Source of the DNA: a virus
Strand: one strand, 5' to 3'
Virus record (IMG/VR): IMGVR_UViG_3300042888_001941
Span: 64,001-128,000 of that record
Length of the DNA: 64,000 bases
Shown: in pieces, positions 1-12,575 of the stretch
How positions within the stretch are numbered: position 1 is the stretch's first letter
Layout of the letters: each line of letters starts with the position of its first letter
Position numbers and translations under genes: made by a program
The notes under the pieces: generated by a model
Seen by the model: the letters and a program-made list of their open reading frames with translations, nothing else
The model's database searches: none
What the model was told of the DNA's origin: nothing

Positions 1-34
1 CATGCTTAAAGAAAGTAAAGTACAAAAATAGTAG

Positions 35-838
35 TTATCCTGTAGCTTGAGTCTTTAAGTATCGGACAATAACTACCCCTGAGCCACCGTCGTACCCAGG
101 ATATTGAGCGCTGCCGCCGCCAACGTATCCGCTGTTAGCTCCGCCTCCTGTCCCTGAAGCTCCATTTGAGTTCCCACCACGTGAACCACCAACTCCAATA
201 GTCCCTAAGCCGTAAATGTTAGAACCAGTTGTTCCGCCGTACGTTCCTGCGGCGACTCCAATTCCACCACCTGAACCCGAACCAGGCAGACCAAACGGGT
301 TACCAGCATCTCCAGCGTCTCCGTTACCTCCCTGAGAACCAGTTCCATATAAGGAAGAAGTATTTGCTCCACCACCACCACATCCTCCATTCCCAGGATA
401 CTGACCAGAACCTTGACCAGCGTATCCTTGCCCAGCTCCACCACCAATTGCTGTTAACCCAAAACCAGTAGAGTTGTTTCCATTAGAGCCAGTAGACGAC
501 GAACCTGCACCAGTCCCAGCTCCGCCTGCACCGATAACTATTGAGTAGCTGCCTGTTAAAGTAGTGTTTGTAAGCGCTTGTTTGCCACCAGCACCACCTG
601 CTCCGCCAATCTTTGGAACAGCGCCAGTCTTAGTGCTGCTGTTAAATCCACCAGCGCCGCCTCCACCGCCTGCTATCACGGTAACGTCAGCTACAATAGT
701 GCCAGTCACTACTAATGCGTCGCTTGAAGTAAACTTTCTATAGTAGTAAGTTGCATCTGAAGAGGAGGTTCCGCCACTAACTGTTGCTAACCTACGAGAC
801 TCTCCTCCATGAGAAGCTCTTGCGCCTAGGATTGTCAT
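35..838 (-). CDS. Glycine-rich (polyglycine-II-type) virion/receptor-binding protein
   Basis: 267-aa ORF with YYYRKFT...VIAGGGGG...GGSGVVIVRY, the same framework as the other Gly-rich paralogues; TAGAAT box 6 nt upstream of the ATG. Confidence 0.7.
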   Translation of the reverse strand: MTILGARASHGGESRRLATVSGGTSSSDATYYYRKFTSSDALVVTGTIVADVTVIAGGGGGAGGFNSSTKTGAVPKIGGAGGAGGKQALTNTTLTGSYSIVIGAGGAGTGAGSSSTGSNGNNSTGFGLTAIGGGAGQGYAGQGSGQYPGNGGCGGGGANTSSLYGTGSQGGNGDAGDAGNPFGLPGSGSGGGIGVAAGTYGGTTGSNIYGLGTIGVGGSRGGNSNGASGTGGGANSGYVGGGSAQYPGYDGGSGVVIVRYLKTQATG

Positions 839-844
839 GCGGGT

Positions 845-850
845 ATTCTA
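845..850 (-). promoter_or_regulatory. -10 box (TAGAAT), probable leaderless promoter of 35..838
   Basis: TAGAAT-N6-ATG on the minus strand with no Shine-Dalgarno. Confidence 0.5.
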
Positions 851-895
851 TCTTACCTACGGATAAATGATAGTAATTTAAGTTTCAACTACTTT

Positions 896-933
896 ACTTC
901 TTAGTAAGGCACCAAGAAGTCTTACTAAGAAGT
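896..933. repeat. Perfect 13-bp inverted repeat between divergent genes
   Basis: ACTTCTTAGTAAG (896-908), 12-nt spacer, CTTACTAAGAAGT (921-933). Confidence 0.8.
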
Positions 934-981
934 CCCCAGCCTGTGATAAAGTATAGGCTATAGAGGAAGAATGGGATAAAT

Positions 982-1340
982 ATGTCCGCTGGTATCCATA
1001 ACATTATTGTTGAGCAAGGCGCTACGTTCAATCAGACCTACACATGGAAGATTAACTCTAATGCAGTTAACCTTTCTAGCTACACTGCCCGCCTTCAAGT
1101 TCGCGGTAACGGCTCAGGCAAGACCTGGATTCAAGACCAGGTTATCTCTCTTACCTCTGACGTTAATGGCGGAATTGTGCTTGGCGGCGCTGCAGGAACT
1201 ATCGCTGTCTCTATTTCTGCCACGGCAACAACTGCTATTCTTCCAGGCAAGTACTTTTATGATCTTGAGCTCGAGTCAAACGACGCAACAGTAACTCGTC
1301 TTCTTAAGGGAACATTCACCGTGTCTGCAGAGGTGACTCG

Positions 1341-1344
<4 letters not shown>
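982..1344 (+). CDS. Small beta-sandwich fibre-anchoring/adaptor protein (LtfC/p132-like)
   Basis: IEQGATF...[12 protein letters not shown]...YFYDLEL...RLLKGTFTV pattern; overlaps the start of the collagen fibre gene. Confidence 0.6.
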
Positions 1345-4718
<3,374 letters not shown>

Positions 4719-4720
4719 TA

Positions 4721-4936
4721 ATGTCAGACGTGAATGAGTTTAACGCTGAAACTGGCCAGGCAGTCCTGCGCCCATACACTGAAGAAGAACTTGCTCAAGC
4801 GGAGCATGACGCTAACATTGTGGCGACACCAGAAACCGTCTCAATAGAAGAAGATGCGCTAAAGATTTCAGCCTTGGTCAAGCTTCAAACCCTTGGTTTA
4901 ACAGAAGAAGAAGCTCGCGCAATTGCTGGTCTATAA
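4721..4936 (+). CDS. Small fibre-associated protein (probable fibre assembly chaperone)
   Basis: ATG at 4721 just after the fibre stop; MSDVNEFNAETG...KLQTLGLTEEEARAI. The track start at 4697 overlaps the upstream gene. Confidence 0.55.
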   Translation: MSDVNEFNAETGQAVLRPYTEEELAQAEHDANIVATPETVSIEEDALKISALVKLQTLGLTEEEARAIAGL

Positions 4937-4979
4937 GCCTTTCTAGAACACCTAATAACCTAGTTACAAGCCTCCAAAG

Positions 4980-5105
4980 CATACACCCTTCAACTTAAGG
5001 GTGTATGGCAGTTTCTTTCTCATGTTTCTTTGTAAAAATTGTACATTAGAACGGACAAAGTATTATGTCTGTCAAAAATGTACATAGGCTATTTGATACA
5101 TTTTT
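4980..5105. promoter_or_regulatory. Candidate res-like recombination site (or terminator plus operator) upstream of the serine recombinase
   Basis: 28-bp palindrome CATACACCCTT-N6-AAGGGTGTATG (4980-5007); second inverted repeat AAAAATGTA/TACATTTTT (5074-5082, 5097-5105). Confidence 0.45.
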
Positions 5106-5129
5106 AGCTAAATAGAGTATGATATCTCA

Positions 5130-5789
5130 ATGGAACTTGACGATAAAGTAGCGCTGCTTTACGCCCGTGTATCAACGTCTATGCAGGTTCAAGACGGAAT
5201 CTCGTTAGATGTTCAAGAGCGCGCGTTACGCAGCGCGGCAGAGCTTGCAGGATACAAAAATGTACAACTAGTACGTGAGGAAGGCCGCTCTGGCAAGTCA
5301 ATTAAAGGCCGTCCTGCCCTGCGTGGCGCCCTTACGGATCTTGAGTTAGGTAAAGCCCATGCTCTTTTTGTTACCCGCTTAGATCGCCTGTCTCGCTCGA
5401 CTCAAGACTTCTTGTCTATAGTAGATCAAGCCCACAAGTACAACTGGCGTCTTGTGCTGCTTGACCTCAACCTCGACACTTCATCCTACCAAGGAAGATT
5501 TGTTGTCACGATTATGTCCGCGCTTGCAGAGATGGAAAGATCTATCATCTCTGAGCGTCAAAAAGATGTTCACTCTCATAGACGATCTATAGGCAAAGTC
5601 TGGGGCAAAGATTTAGGGCCCAAGAAAAGAATACCTGATGATGTCTTAAATCGAATTTTTGCTGAGAAGGCGGCAGGTAAGTCAATGAACGGCATAGCTA
5701 GAAACTTAAATGCTGAAGGGATACCTGCTGCTTATGGCGGAAAATGGACAGCTTCATCTATTAAGTACGTGCTAGACAGAAACACTTAA
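5130..5789 (+). CDS. Small serine recombinase (resolvase/invertase family)
   Basis: YARVST catalytic Ser motif, SG..RP, LDRLSR, LAEMER; short C-terminal IARNLNAEG...W DNA-binding segment; TATGAT-N6-ATG. Confidence 0.92.
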   Translation: MELDDKVALLYARVSTSMQVQDGISLDVQERALRSAAELAGYKNVQLVREEGRSGKSIKGRPALRGALTDLELGKAHALFVTRLDRLSRSTQDFLSIVDQAHKYNWRLVLLDLNLDTSSYQGRFVVTIMSALAEMERSIISERQKDVHSHRRSIGKVWGKDLGPKKRIPDDVLNRIFAEKAAGKSMNGIARNLNAEGIPAAYGGKWTASSIKYVLDRNT

Positions 5790-5831
5790 TCCTTACTGGT
5801 GTAGAATAAGCCTATACTCTTTAGGAGAATA

Positions 5832-6701
5832 ATGAACATTCTTGGTACTGTAGCAAGTGCGTACACAGTTCTTAGTCCTACATCAATAGAGCTTCTTCTT
5901 GTTGGCGGCGGCGCTGGCGGTGGCGCTTCTGAAAACTCTGGTGGTGGAGGTGCTGGCGGCTATAGATACTTTGCGTCAACAGCAGTTACTCCTGGGACTT
6001 CTTACTCTGTTACAGTTGGCGGAGGAGGCGCTGGTGGTACGGTTAACGTAAACCGTGGAGGTAGCGGTGGAGGAACTACAGGCTTTGGCTTCACCGCAGC
6101 AGGCGGTGGCGGTGGTGGGTCTGGCACAGGTGCATCCCAGAAGACAGGTGCATCTGGTGGCTCTGGCGGTGGTGGTGGTTCATCATCCTCAGAAGGCTCA
6201 GGAAATACCCCGTCAACTTCCCCATCACAAGGTAACAATGGTGGACCAGGCTCAGGTTCTGGTGGAGGCGGAGGTGGAGGCGCTAGCCAAGCAGGAGTAG
6301 AAGGCAATTTTAGTAATACTGGCAGAGGCGGAAACGGAACTGCAAATTCAATCACAGGCTCATCGGTAACCTACGCAGGCGGAGGTGGTGGCGGTGCAGG
6401 AAGTAGTTCAACAAGACCCGCAGGTGGTTCTGGCGGAGGTGGAGCTGGAGGCAACAATCAATCTGGTTCACAAGGCGGAATTTCTGGAACTAATAACCTT
6501 GGTGGCGGTGGCGGTGGCGTAGGAAGCATCACGCCACCAAACTATGGTGGCGATGGTGGTTCAGGCGTAGTCATTGTCGCGTACCCAGACACGTTTGCAC
6601 CTTTAACTTCTATTAGTGTTGGGTTAAGCTATGACCAACCATCTCGCTCTGGCTACAGAGTCTATCGCTTTACAGCAGGAACAGGAACAATAACAATATG
6701 A
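5832..6701 (+). CDS. Glycine-rich virion/receptor-binding protein
   Basis: LLVGGGAGGG...YAGGGGG...GGSGVVIVAY plus C-terminal GYRVYRFTAGTG; AGGAG RBS. Confidence 0.7.
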   Translation: MNILGTVASAYTVLSPTSIELLLVGGGAGGGASENSGGGGAGGYRYFASTAVTPGTSYSVTVGGGGAGGTVNVNRGGSGGGTTGFGFTAAGGGGGGSGTGASQKTGASGGSGGGGGSSSSEGSGNTPSTSPSQGNNGGPGSGSGGGGGGGASQAGVEGNFSNTGRGGNGTANSITGSSVTYAGGGGGGAGSSSTRPAGGSGGGGAGGNNQSGSQGGISGTNNLGGGGGGVGSITPPNYGGDGGSGVVIVAYPDTFAPLTSISVGLSYDQPSRSGYRVYRFTAGTGTITI

Positions 6702-7552
6702 CAATGCTAGGCGCTAAAGCTTCACATGGTGGCAGTTTCCGCAGAAAGCCTGCTACATTAGAACTTCTTCTAGTTGCTGGCGGAGGCTCAGGTGGCTCTA
6801 GTTTCTACGCAGGTGGAGGTGGCGCAGGAGGCTATGTTAGTGATCTTAATTTTACTACGCCATTAACTCCTTTTACAATTACAGTTGGCGCTGGCGGTGC
6901 AGCCCCCGTTAGTTCCGCTCTTGGTAATCCTGGAAACAATTCTGTGTTTGCGTCTATTACTGCAACTGGCGGTGGGTGTGGTCGCAAAGATGATTCTGCT
7001 ACACAGGAAACCTCGGGCGGCTCAGGCGGCGGTGGCGCTGGGTCTGGCGGCGGTGCTGGTAATTCAAGCCCTGGAAATGGAAGTCAAGGAAATCGTGGCG
7101 GTTTTGGCCACGGGCAAAGTTCTCAACTTGGCGGTGGTGGCGGAGGCGGTGGAGCAGGCGCAGTAGGTGGTAATGGCAGTTCGGGAACAGGTGGTGCAGG
7201 CGGAGCAGGCAGCGCTAATTCAATTACTGGCTCATCTGTAACTTATGCAGGTGGCGGCGGTGGCGCAGTAGTTCAAACTAGCGGAGCAGGCGCAGGTGGC
7301 TCAGGTGGCGGTGGAGTAGGTGGAAGAAATGGTTCTGGACCAGGCGCTGGTACAGTCAATCTTGGCGGTGGCGGTGGCGGAGCGTACTCATCAAGTAGCG
7401 CAGGTGGCGGCTCTGGCGTAGTGATTATCGCTTACCCAAACACTTTCCCAGCGCCAACATCAATTGGCGCAGGACTAAGCTATACAGAACCATCTCGCTC
7501 TGGTTATCGCGTGTATCGTTTTACAGCAGGAACAGGAACGGTAACTATCTAG
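6698..7552 (+). CDS. Glycine-rich virion/receptor-binding protein
   Basis: Paralogue of 5832..6701 with a near-identical C-terminus; N-terminus resembles 35..838; ATGA overlap. Confidence 0.7.
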   Translation: MTMLGAKASHGGSFRRKPATLELLLVAGGGSGGSSFYAGGGGAGGYVSDLNFTTPLTPFTITVGAGGAAPVSSALGNPGNNSVFASITATGGGCGRKDDSATQETSGGSGGGGAGSGGGAGNSSPGNGSQGNRGGFGHGQSSQLGGGGGGGGAGAVGGNGSSGTGGAGGAGSANSITGSSVTYAGGGGGAVVQTSGAGAGGSGGGGVGGRNGSGPGAGTVNLGGGGGGAYSSSSAGGGSGVVIIAYPNTFPAPTSIGAGLSYTEPSRSGYRVYRFTAGTGTVTI

Positions 7553-7567
7553 TTATTGAACTACAAT

Positions 7568-7660
7568 AAAAATTAGGAAGAGCCGGAAGCGTAGGGACTG
7601 TGTTTCTACGCTATCCGGCTCTTATAAGTTCTGATACCTCTCCCGATACCAAAAACTTAG
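7568..7660 (-). ncRNA. Candidate two-hairpin small RNA (alternatively a bidirectional terminator region)
   Basis: Minus-strand TATAGT at 7666-7671; hairpin 7625-7659 that needs G-U pairs on the minus strand; 17-bp hairpin 7578-7623; then CCUAAUUUUU. Confidence 0.4.
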
Positions 7661-7694
7661 TTTGTACTATATACCTATATTGTACTTTTTGTTT

Positions 7695-8474
7695 CTATTT
7701 GACAGGAAGTCCTGTGATTGATTTCCAGGTCTTAGCGTCTACAATGCCAGTGACAGGGAGCTTCTTAGCCTTCTGATGGGCGATTACAGCCTTCTTTGTG
7801 ACTGGACCGAATTGACCATCGGCTGGTTTAATCTCAAGAGCAGCTTGAACTGTCTTAACGTGAATGCCTGACTCGCCTGGATCAATTGTCTCACCAGGGT
7901 AGACCTTGCCAGTTGTGTCCTTTTCCTTAACAGGCTTAGGCGCAACTGGAGCAGCTGCAGATCCAGCATAGTCTGGACGACCCCAACCAACAACGCCCAT
8001 AAGAAGTTTCTTCGCGTTGTTCTTGCGGAACCCGCGCTCCTTCTTGCAAGTTTCTCCGCCGTTACGTTGATCTCCGCTAGGAGCTCCCGCGGTGTTACCT
8101 TCAATGCAAACTGCAATACCAGTCTTAGCATCTGCCTTAACAACGATACCTACGTGAGAAATGCGATCTACGCCGTCTCCTGGGAAGTCAAAGTACACAA
8201 TGTCTCCTGCTTCAGGAACATTTACTCCGTCATTTTCGTACCAGCGCTTTTGCTTCTTGAAAGCGTCTGCGCCTGCTACTGTTGAGACAGTATTAGGTAC
8301 CTTAACTCCAGCTTGGTTTGCGCACCACATTACGAAGCTTCCACACCAAGGCAAGAAGTTTGCCTTTGTGAATGCTCCGTACTTGGTTTCATTATCTTTA
8401 GGACCTTCAATAGTTCCTACCTCAGCGAGCGCAACTTCAATAAGTCGTGCGGCTGTTCCTTGTGCTGCTGCCAT
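7695..8474 (-). CDS. Endolysin (CHAP amidase plus peptidoglycan-binding domain)
   Basis: PWCGSFV (Cys), SHVGIV (His), IEGNT; C-terminal DGQFGPVTKKAVIAHQ...TGIVD PG-binding motif. Confidence 0.88.
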   Translation of the reverse strand: MAAAQGTAARLIEVALAEVGTIEGPKDNETKYGAFTKANFLPWCGSFVMWCANQAGVKVPNTVSTVAGADAFKKQKRWYENDGVNVPEAGDIVYFDFPGDGVDRISHVGIVVKADAKTGIAVCIEGNTAGAPSGDQRNGGETCKKERGFRKNNAKKLLMGVVGWGRPDYAGSAAAPVAPKPVKEKDTTGKVYPGETIDPGESGIHVKTVQAALEIKPADGQFGPVTKKAVIAHQKAKKLPVTGIVDAKTWKSITGLPVK

Positions 8475-8491
8475 TTTTTGTTCTCCTCTAG

Positions 8492-9154
8492 TTACTTCAT
8501 TACGATTACTGATAATTTTACCTTAGGGCACTTGGCGTTGATGTCCTTAAGTACCTTCAGTTCTTTTTCGTCAACGGTCAACGACCAGCGGACCTTTACC
8601 TGCACCCACTGCTTAACATATTCGCAGTGATAGCTTGCAAGTGGCGGTAGCCATTCACCTGGGTCCTGGTCTGACTTCGAACGGTTCGAGCCTGCGGTGA
8701 CAGCGATGAGCGAGATTGTGTCTCCCATATCGTTTGCGTATACCTCACGCTTTGCCGCGTCCCACTTGTTTGCCCCTGAGTCCCATGCCTCGGCAAGAGG
8801 CACGAAATGATCTACGTCAAGAGCAGAAAAATTAGTAACGTTTACTCCGTCATAAGGAGAAAACCACTTACCTGTGTCTTTTACAATCTTGCATCCTGCG
8901 TCAACCTTTGGCTTTTCTAGCGCCTCTTGAAGAATAACGTCATTGCGTGTGTTGCAACCGTTCTTGTCGAGATCTGACCAGTGCTTGAAGTTACTACGTG
9001 AGTAGTTAGCGCGTACGTCTGGCGCTACCTTAAGGACCTTAATTGCTGCATCTACTGATGCAAATTTTTTAGGCGCGTCTGCTGCTTGAGCATATGTCAT
9101 TGTAGACATAAGTGCTAAAGCAGTCAGCGCGATTGCTGACTTGCTAATTTTCAT
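8492..9154 (-). CDS. Secreted HNH endonuclease (DUF1524-like) with Sec signal peptide
   Basis: Start at 9154, MKISKSAIALTALALMSTMTYAQA; GCNTR..L, DVDHFVPLAEAW, NRSKSDQDP.EWLP, CEYV..W motifs. Confidence 0.8.
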   Translation of the reverse strand: MKISKSAIALTALALMSTMTYAQAADAPKKFASVDAAIKVLKVAPDVRANYSRSNFKHWSDLDKNGCNTRNDVILQEALEKPKVDAGCKIVKDTGKWFSPYDGVNVTNFSALDVDHFVPLAEAWDSGANKWDAAKREVYANDMGDTISLIAVTAGSNRSKSDQDPGEWLPPLASYHCEYVKQWVQVKVRWSLTVDEKELKVLKDINAKCPKVKLSVIVMK

Positions 9155-9161
9155 TGTTTTC

Positions 9162-11795
9162 CTATCGCGCGAATCGAGAAGCAACGTTCCAGTCAACTTC
9201 TCCTGACTGAACCGCACGCGGGATCAAAGAGCGACCATGTATATCAGCTCTTGAACCAAGACCGACGGTCTCAAAACCGCGCTCAGCAATTTTACGCTGG
9301 AATGCAATTTGCGTCATCGGACGTTCGCCACGCTCTTCTGACCAAGCGCGATAAATAGAGTACAGATGCTTGACGGGAATTGTTCCGCCTTCCATCTCTT
9401 TTGTCTCCTCATTGATGAAAATACCAAAGCGGTCTTCGTTCTTACGATACATATCCGCGGCTTCCGCAACTGCAGAGCACCAACCCAGCCCATCGCGAGC
9501 GCTAGATCCAAGCAGTTTAATTGCGCCCTCAACTGCCCAAGATAGAACAGCAGGGAGTCCACCTTCAGGGTCAAAGATATATGACTTTAACTCTGGGTCT
9601 GGACTTTCAGGAACCTTGTTAAGTGGGATTGGTCGAATACGACGCCACATTGCATCATCATTGATGATTGGACGGTGGTTTGTAGTAACCCAAAGCTTAG
9701 CTCGTGACTGGAATGTAAATGGTTTTTCACCAGGTGAACGTGCAGAGATTTCAGAAGAGCCTGTAAGCTTCTTAACTGAGTTTTCCTTCATGCGCTCGTT
9801 GTCTGGTAATTCGTCAACCCACACCATACGGCGTCCGCGTAACTCCGCCCAGTGATAAAGATCTGAGCCGTGCGCTTGCCCGTCGCCCTGAGCAAGGATA
9901 GAAGAGTCAAGAGGCCACGCGTATTGCTGAGTACCCATGCACTTAACAAGAGCTTCAACGAGAGTATTCTTACCAGACCCAGGAGGTCCATATACTAAGA
10001 ACATTACGTCATACGTGCGTAAACCTGTAAGTGAGTAACCAGCTGCTTTTTGGATCCACTCTTGTAGTTCTTTATCTCCGCCAGTTGCAAAGTCTAGGAA
10101 TTGCTCCCACTTAACATTGCGAATTCCTGGAGTGTAAGCAACAGGTGCGCGGCGAGTAATGTGCAAATCAGGACGGCCTTTAAGAAGCTCTCCAGTGCGC
10201 AAGTCAATGACACCATTGAGAACACCCATAAGAGTCTCATCTGAATCCCATGTGTCAACTGCGACAAGTACTCGTGGATCTGATGTTGCAGATTCAATTG
10301 ATCCTGCGATGCGGCTGTTAGATTTTGCCTGAAGAGCCCAACGCATAACATCTGCTTGCTTATCAGCATCCTCGTAGTTAACTACCTCTGACGCAATAAT
10401 CGGAGCAAGGCGCTTTGAAAGTTCTTGCATTTCAAGATTTTCTACATCTGGCTTCCAGTATCCGCCATCCCAGTGAAACCAACCAAGACCTGGCGTGTAA
10501 CGAACCGCAGGACCAAACGAGTCAATAAGACGACGGCCATTACCAGTATCTGTAAGTGTACGCTTACCCGGTTCTCCACCGTCCGCCTCAGATAAAGCAT
10601 CAGCATCTTTTGGAACGTTAATATTCGTAGCGCTCATTGCAGACGATGCAGAGTCACCGTCGTTGATTGACTGCTCTACCGCACCGCCAATAGTTCCAGG
10701 TAAACGATATGAATCGCTACTGTGGTCATAATCTTTTGATGACTGAGCTTCATCCTTCTTACGAATAGATTTAGCAATAGTATTTTCGTTTGTCTCCTGT
10801 TGAGACTTTTGTGCCCATTCATTAAGTCCTGGCCACATGCGCTCTGTTTTTGGGTTGTCAATAACAAATTGAATAGCGCGGCGGACGTGCATTAAGAGTC
10901 CGCCTTGACCTTCAAGCTCTAGAGGAGGGCGCACCTTCTCGGCGTTAAAGCGAATCATCATTGTTTCAACAGCTAGGCGGCCAGCCTCAGTGTTGATAGG
11001 AAACTTGTTTGCTAACGCGCATGTCATTGAGTAGATATCAACAGCGCGGGATCCTTCTTCAATTCCTTCTTCGAGTAAGCGCTCTACGTCAATGCGCTCT
11101 CCACCAAAGTCTAGATCTTCAAGAAACGTCCAATCGCCTTCGCCTAATCCTGTAGCAGATTTGCGGCCCTTCTTGCGTAGAGCCTGTAGAAGCTCTTCTG
11201 GCGCTTGTGCAATTTCAACTTCCCAAGGAGCTTTTCCTGGTGCCCACTCGTAACAAACTCCAGAGAAGTGACGTGACGGAGTGATAAGAACATATCCGTT
11301 GTGCTTAATATCAACGCCCGGAAGATTTGCCTTTTTAAGATTTCCAACAAGCGCTTCGTTTTCATCGCACTTATAAAACAAGTGACGGCCACGTAGAACT
11401 TTTCCACCAGCAACTGTGTATTCACCAGTGATTGCTTCTACGGTTGGAGGTAAGAATCCTTCAACTAATGCTTCAAACTTCTCAAAAGAATCAGGACCAC
11501 CTGAGCGTGGGTCAATATCAATTACAAAGAATCCACTGGCTTTGCACATTACGCCAATGTTCATTTGTGCGTCTTTATTCCACCACTGATTTATTGTCTC
11601 TGCATCTGTAGTAGCGTACTTGTTCCACTCTGGCAGCGATGGATGCTTGCCAACATCTTTTGGCTCGACGTGCGCACCACCGCATGTGCACCGCCCACCA
11701 ACGATTCCATAACACGGAAGTATTGACCAGCCATTGCTTGCATACCAGCTTGCCGCAGGACCTAGTCGGCCTTCTGCTGATTCCCACACACTCAT
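9162..11795 (-). CDS. Bifunctional primase-polymerase (Prim-Pol) fused to D5/P4-type SF3 helicase
   Basis: N-terminal GKHP, NIG, IDIDPR, GRHLFY; D5_N-like TDTGNGRRL; Walker A GPPGSGKN, WVDE, TNHRP. Confidence 0.9.
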   Translation of the reverse strand: MSVWESAEGRLGPAASWYASNGWSILPCYGIVGGRCTCGGAHVEPKDVGKHPSLPEWNKYATTDAETINQWWNKDAQMNIGVMCKASGFFVIDIDPRSGGPDSFEKFEALVEGFLPPTVEAITGEYTVAGGKVLRGRHLFYKCDENEALVGNLKKANLPGVDIKHNGYVLITPSRHFSGVCYEWAPGKAPWEVEIAQAPEELLQALRKKGRKSATGLGEGDWTFLEDLDFGGERIDVERLLEEGIEEGSRAVDIYSMTCALANKFPINTEAGRLAVETMMIRFNAEKVRPPLELEGQGGLLMHVRRAIQFVIDNPKTERMWPGLNEWAQKSQQETNENTIAKSIRKKDEAQSSKDYDHSSDSYRLPGTIGGAVEQSINDGDSASSAMSATNINVPKDADALSEADGGEPGKRTLTDTGNGRRLIDSFGPAVRYTPGLGWFHWDGGYWKPDVENLEMQELSKRLAPIIASEVVNYEDADKQADVMRWALQAKSNSRIAGSIESATSDPRVLVAVDTWDSDETLMGVLNGVIDLRTGELLKGRPDLHITRRAPVAYTPGIRNVKWEQFLDFATGGDKELQEWIQKAAGYSLTGLRTYDVMFLVYGPPGSGKNTLVEALVKCMGTQQYAWPLDSSILAQGDGQAHGSDLYHWAELRGRRMVWVDELPDNERMKENSVKKLTGSSEISARSPGEKPFTFQSRAKLWVTTNHRPIINDDAMWRRIRPIPLNKVPESPDPELKSYIFDPEGGLPAVLSWAVEGAIKLLGSSARDGLGWCSAVAEAADMYRKNEDRFGIFINEETKEMEGGTIPVKHLYSIYRAWSEERGERPMTQIAFQRKIAERGFETVGLGSRADIHGRSLIPRAVQSGEVDWNVASRFAR

Positions 11796-12024
11796 TGGAC
11801 GTCACCTTCTCGCATCTTTACGTCGTTAGCTCCAATCAAAACATTTATAAATACTACAACTTTTAGAGAAGTAACATCATATCATTCTTTTAGGAATCTT
11901 GGTATACGGCGACTATAAAGGGTACGTGCCATAGATGTAAACAACCAAACCATAGTCGTTTATTAGCCACTAAATATACAATTAGCCCACGCTAGCTCTA
12001 CCCTTCTTGAAAGGCAATTAACCA

Positions 12025-12408
12025 ATGCAAGGTGTTTTTATGCAGCTAGGAATGATTGCCGCGGGTATCGCAAGCATAACGGCGGTCTTTGGTTTTGCTT
12101 ATGCAATGTATAAAATTGCAAAGCGTATCGAAGCTGCCATCGGCGTCGACGAAGAAGGAAGAACCATCTCTGAGCGTATGGGGAAGGTTGAGTACCAGCT
12201 CTGGGAAAACGGCGGATCTTCAATGAAGGACCAGATGAACGAAACCGCAGAGCTAGCAAAGAAGACAGCTGTCGAAGTTGGGTTCATAAAGCAGGTAATG
12301 CTTCACCTCGTAGAGCTCCCAGACTTATCCTACGTGAAGGAAAGCGCTCAAGAAGAAAAAGCAGTAGCAAAGCGCGGCAGTAAAAAAGCAAAAAATCCAG
12401 CGCAGTAG
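12025..12408 (+). CDS. Membrane protein, possible holin or lysis accessory
   Basis: One N-terminal hydrophobic helix, NGGSSMKD motif, basic tail. Confidence 0.45.
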   Translation: MQGVFMQLGMIAAGIASITAVFGFAYAMYKIAKRIEAAIGVDEEGRTISERMGKVEYQLWENGGSSMKDQMNETAELAKKTAVEVGFIKQVMLHLVELPDLSYVKESAQEEKAVAKRGSKKAKNPAQ

Positions 12409-12575
12409 AAGCAGTTTTAATCTTGTGCCTAAGTGTTAATGGCGCAGTAAAGTAGCGCTAACCTTGCCAACAAGGTTGTAATAAAAGATTCTAAAACTCA
12501 TGCCTAAAGTGTGTACTACTCTGGAAATTCAGGTTATAGTTTTCCTTGTTAACAACTAGTTGCGGGGAGACGGAA

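Noticed and set aside
5130-5789. Serine recombinase as a prophage integrase or transposon
   Set aside because: Only 219 aa, without the Zn-ribbon/coiled-coil of large serine integrases; no transposase, terminal repeats, repressor or host genes in the window
12441-12477. Short hairpins (AACCTTG-CCAA-CAAGGTT) after the membrane protein gene
   Set aside because: 7-bp stem without a U-tract; too weak to call
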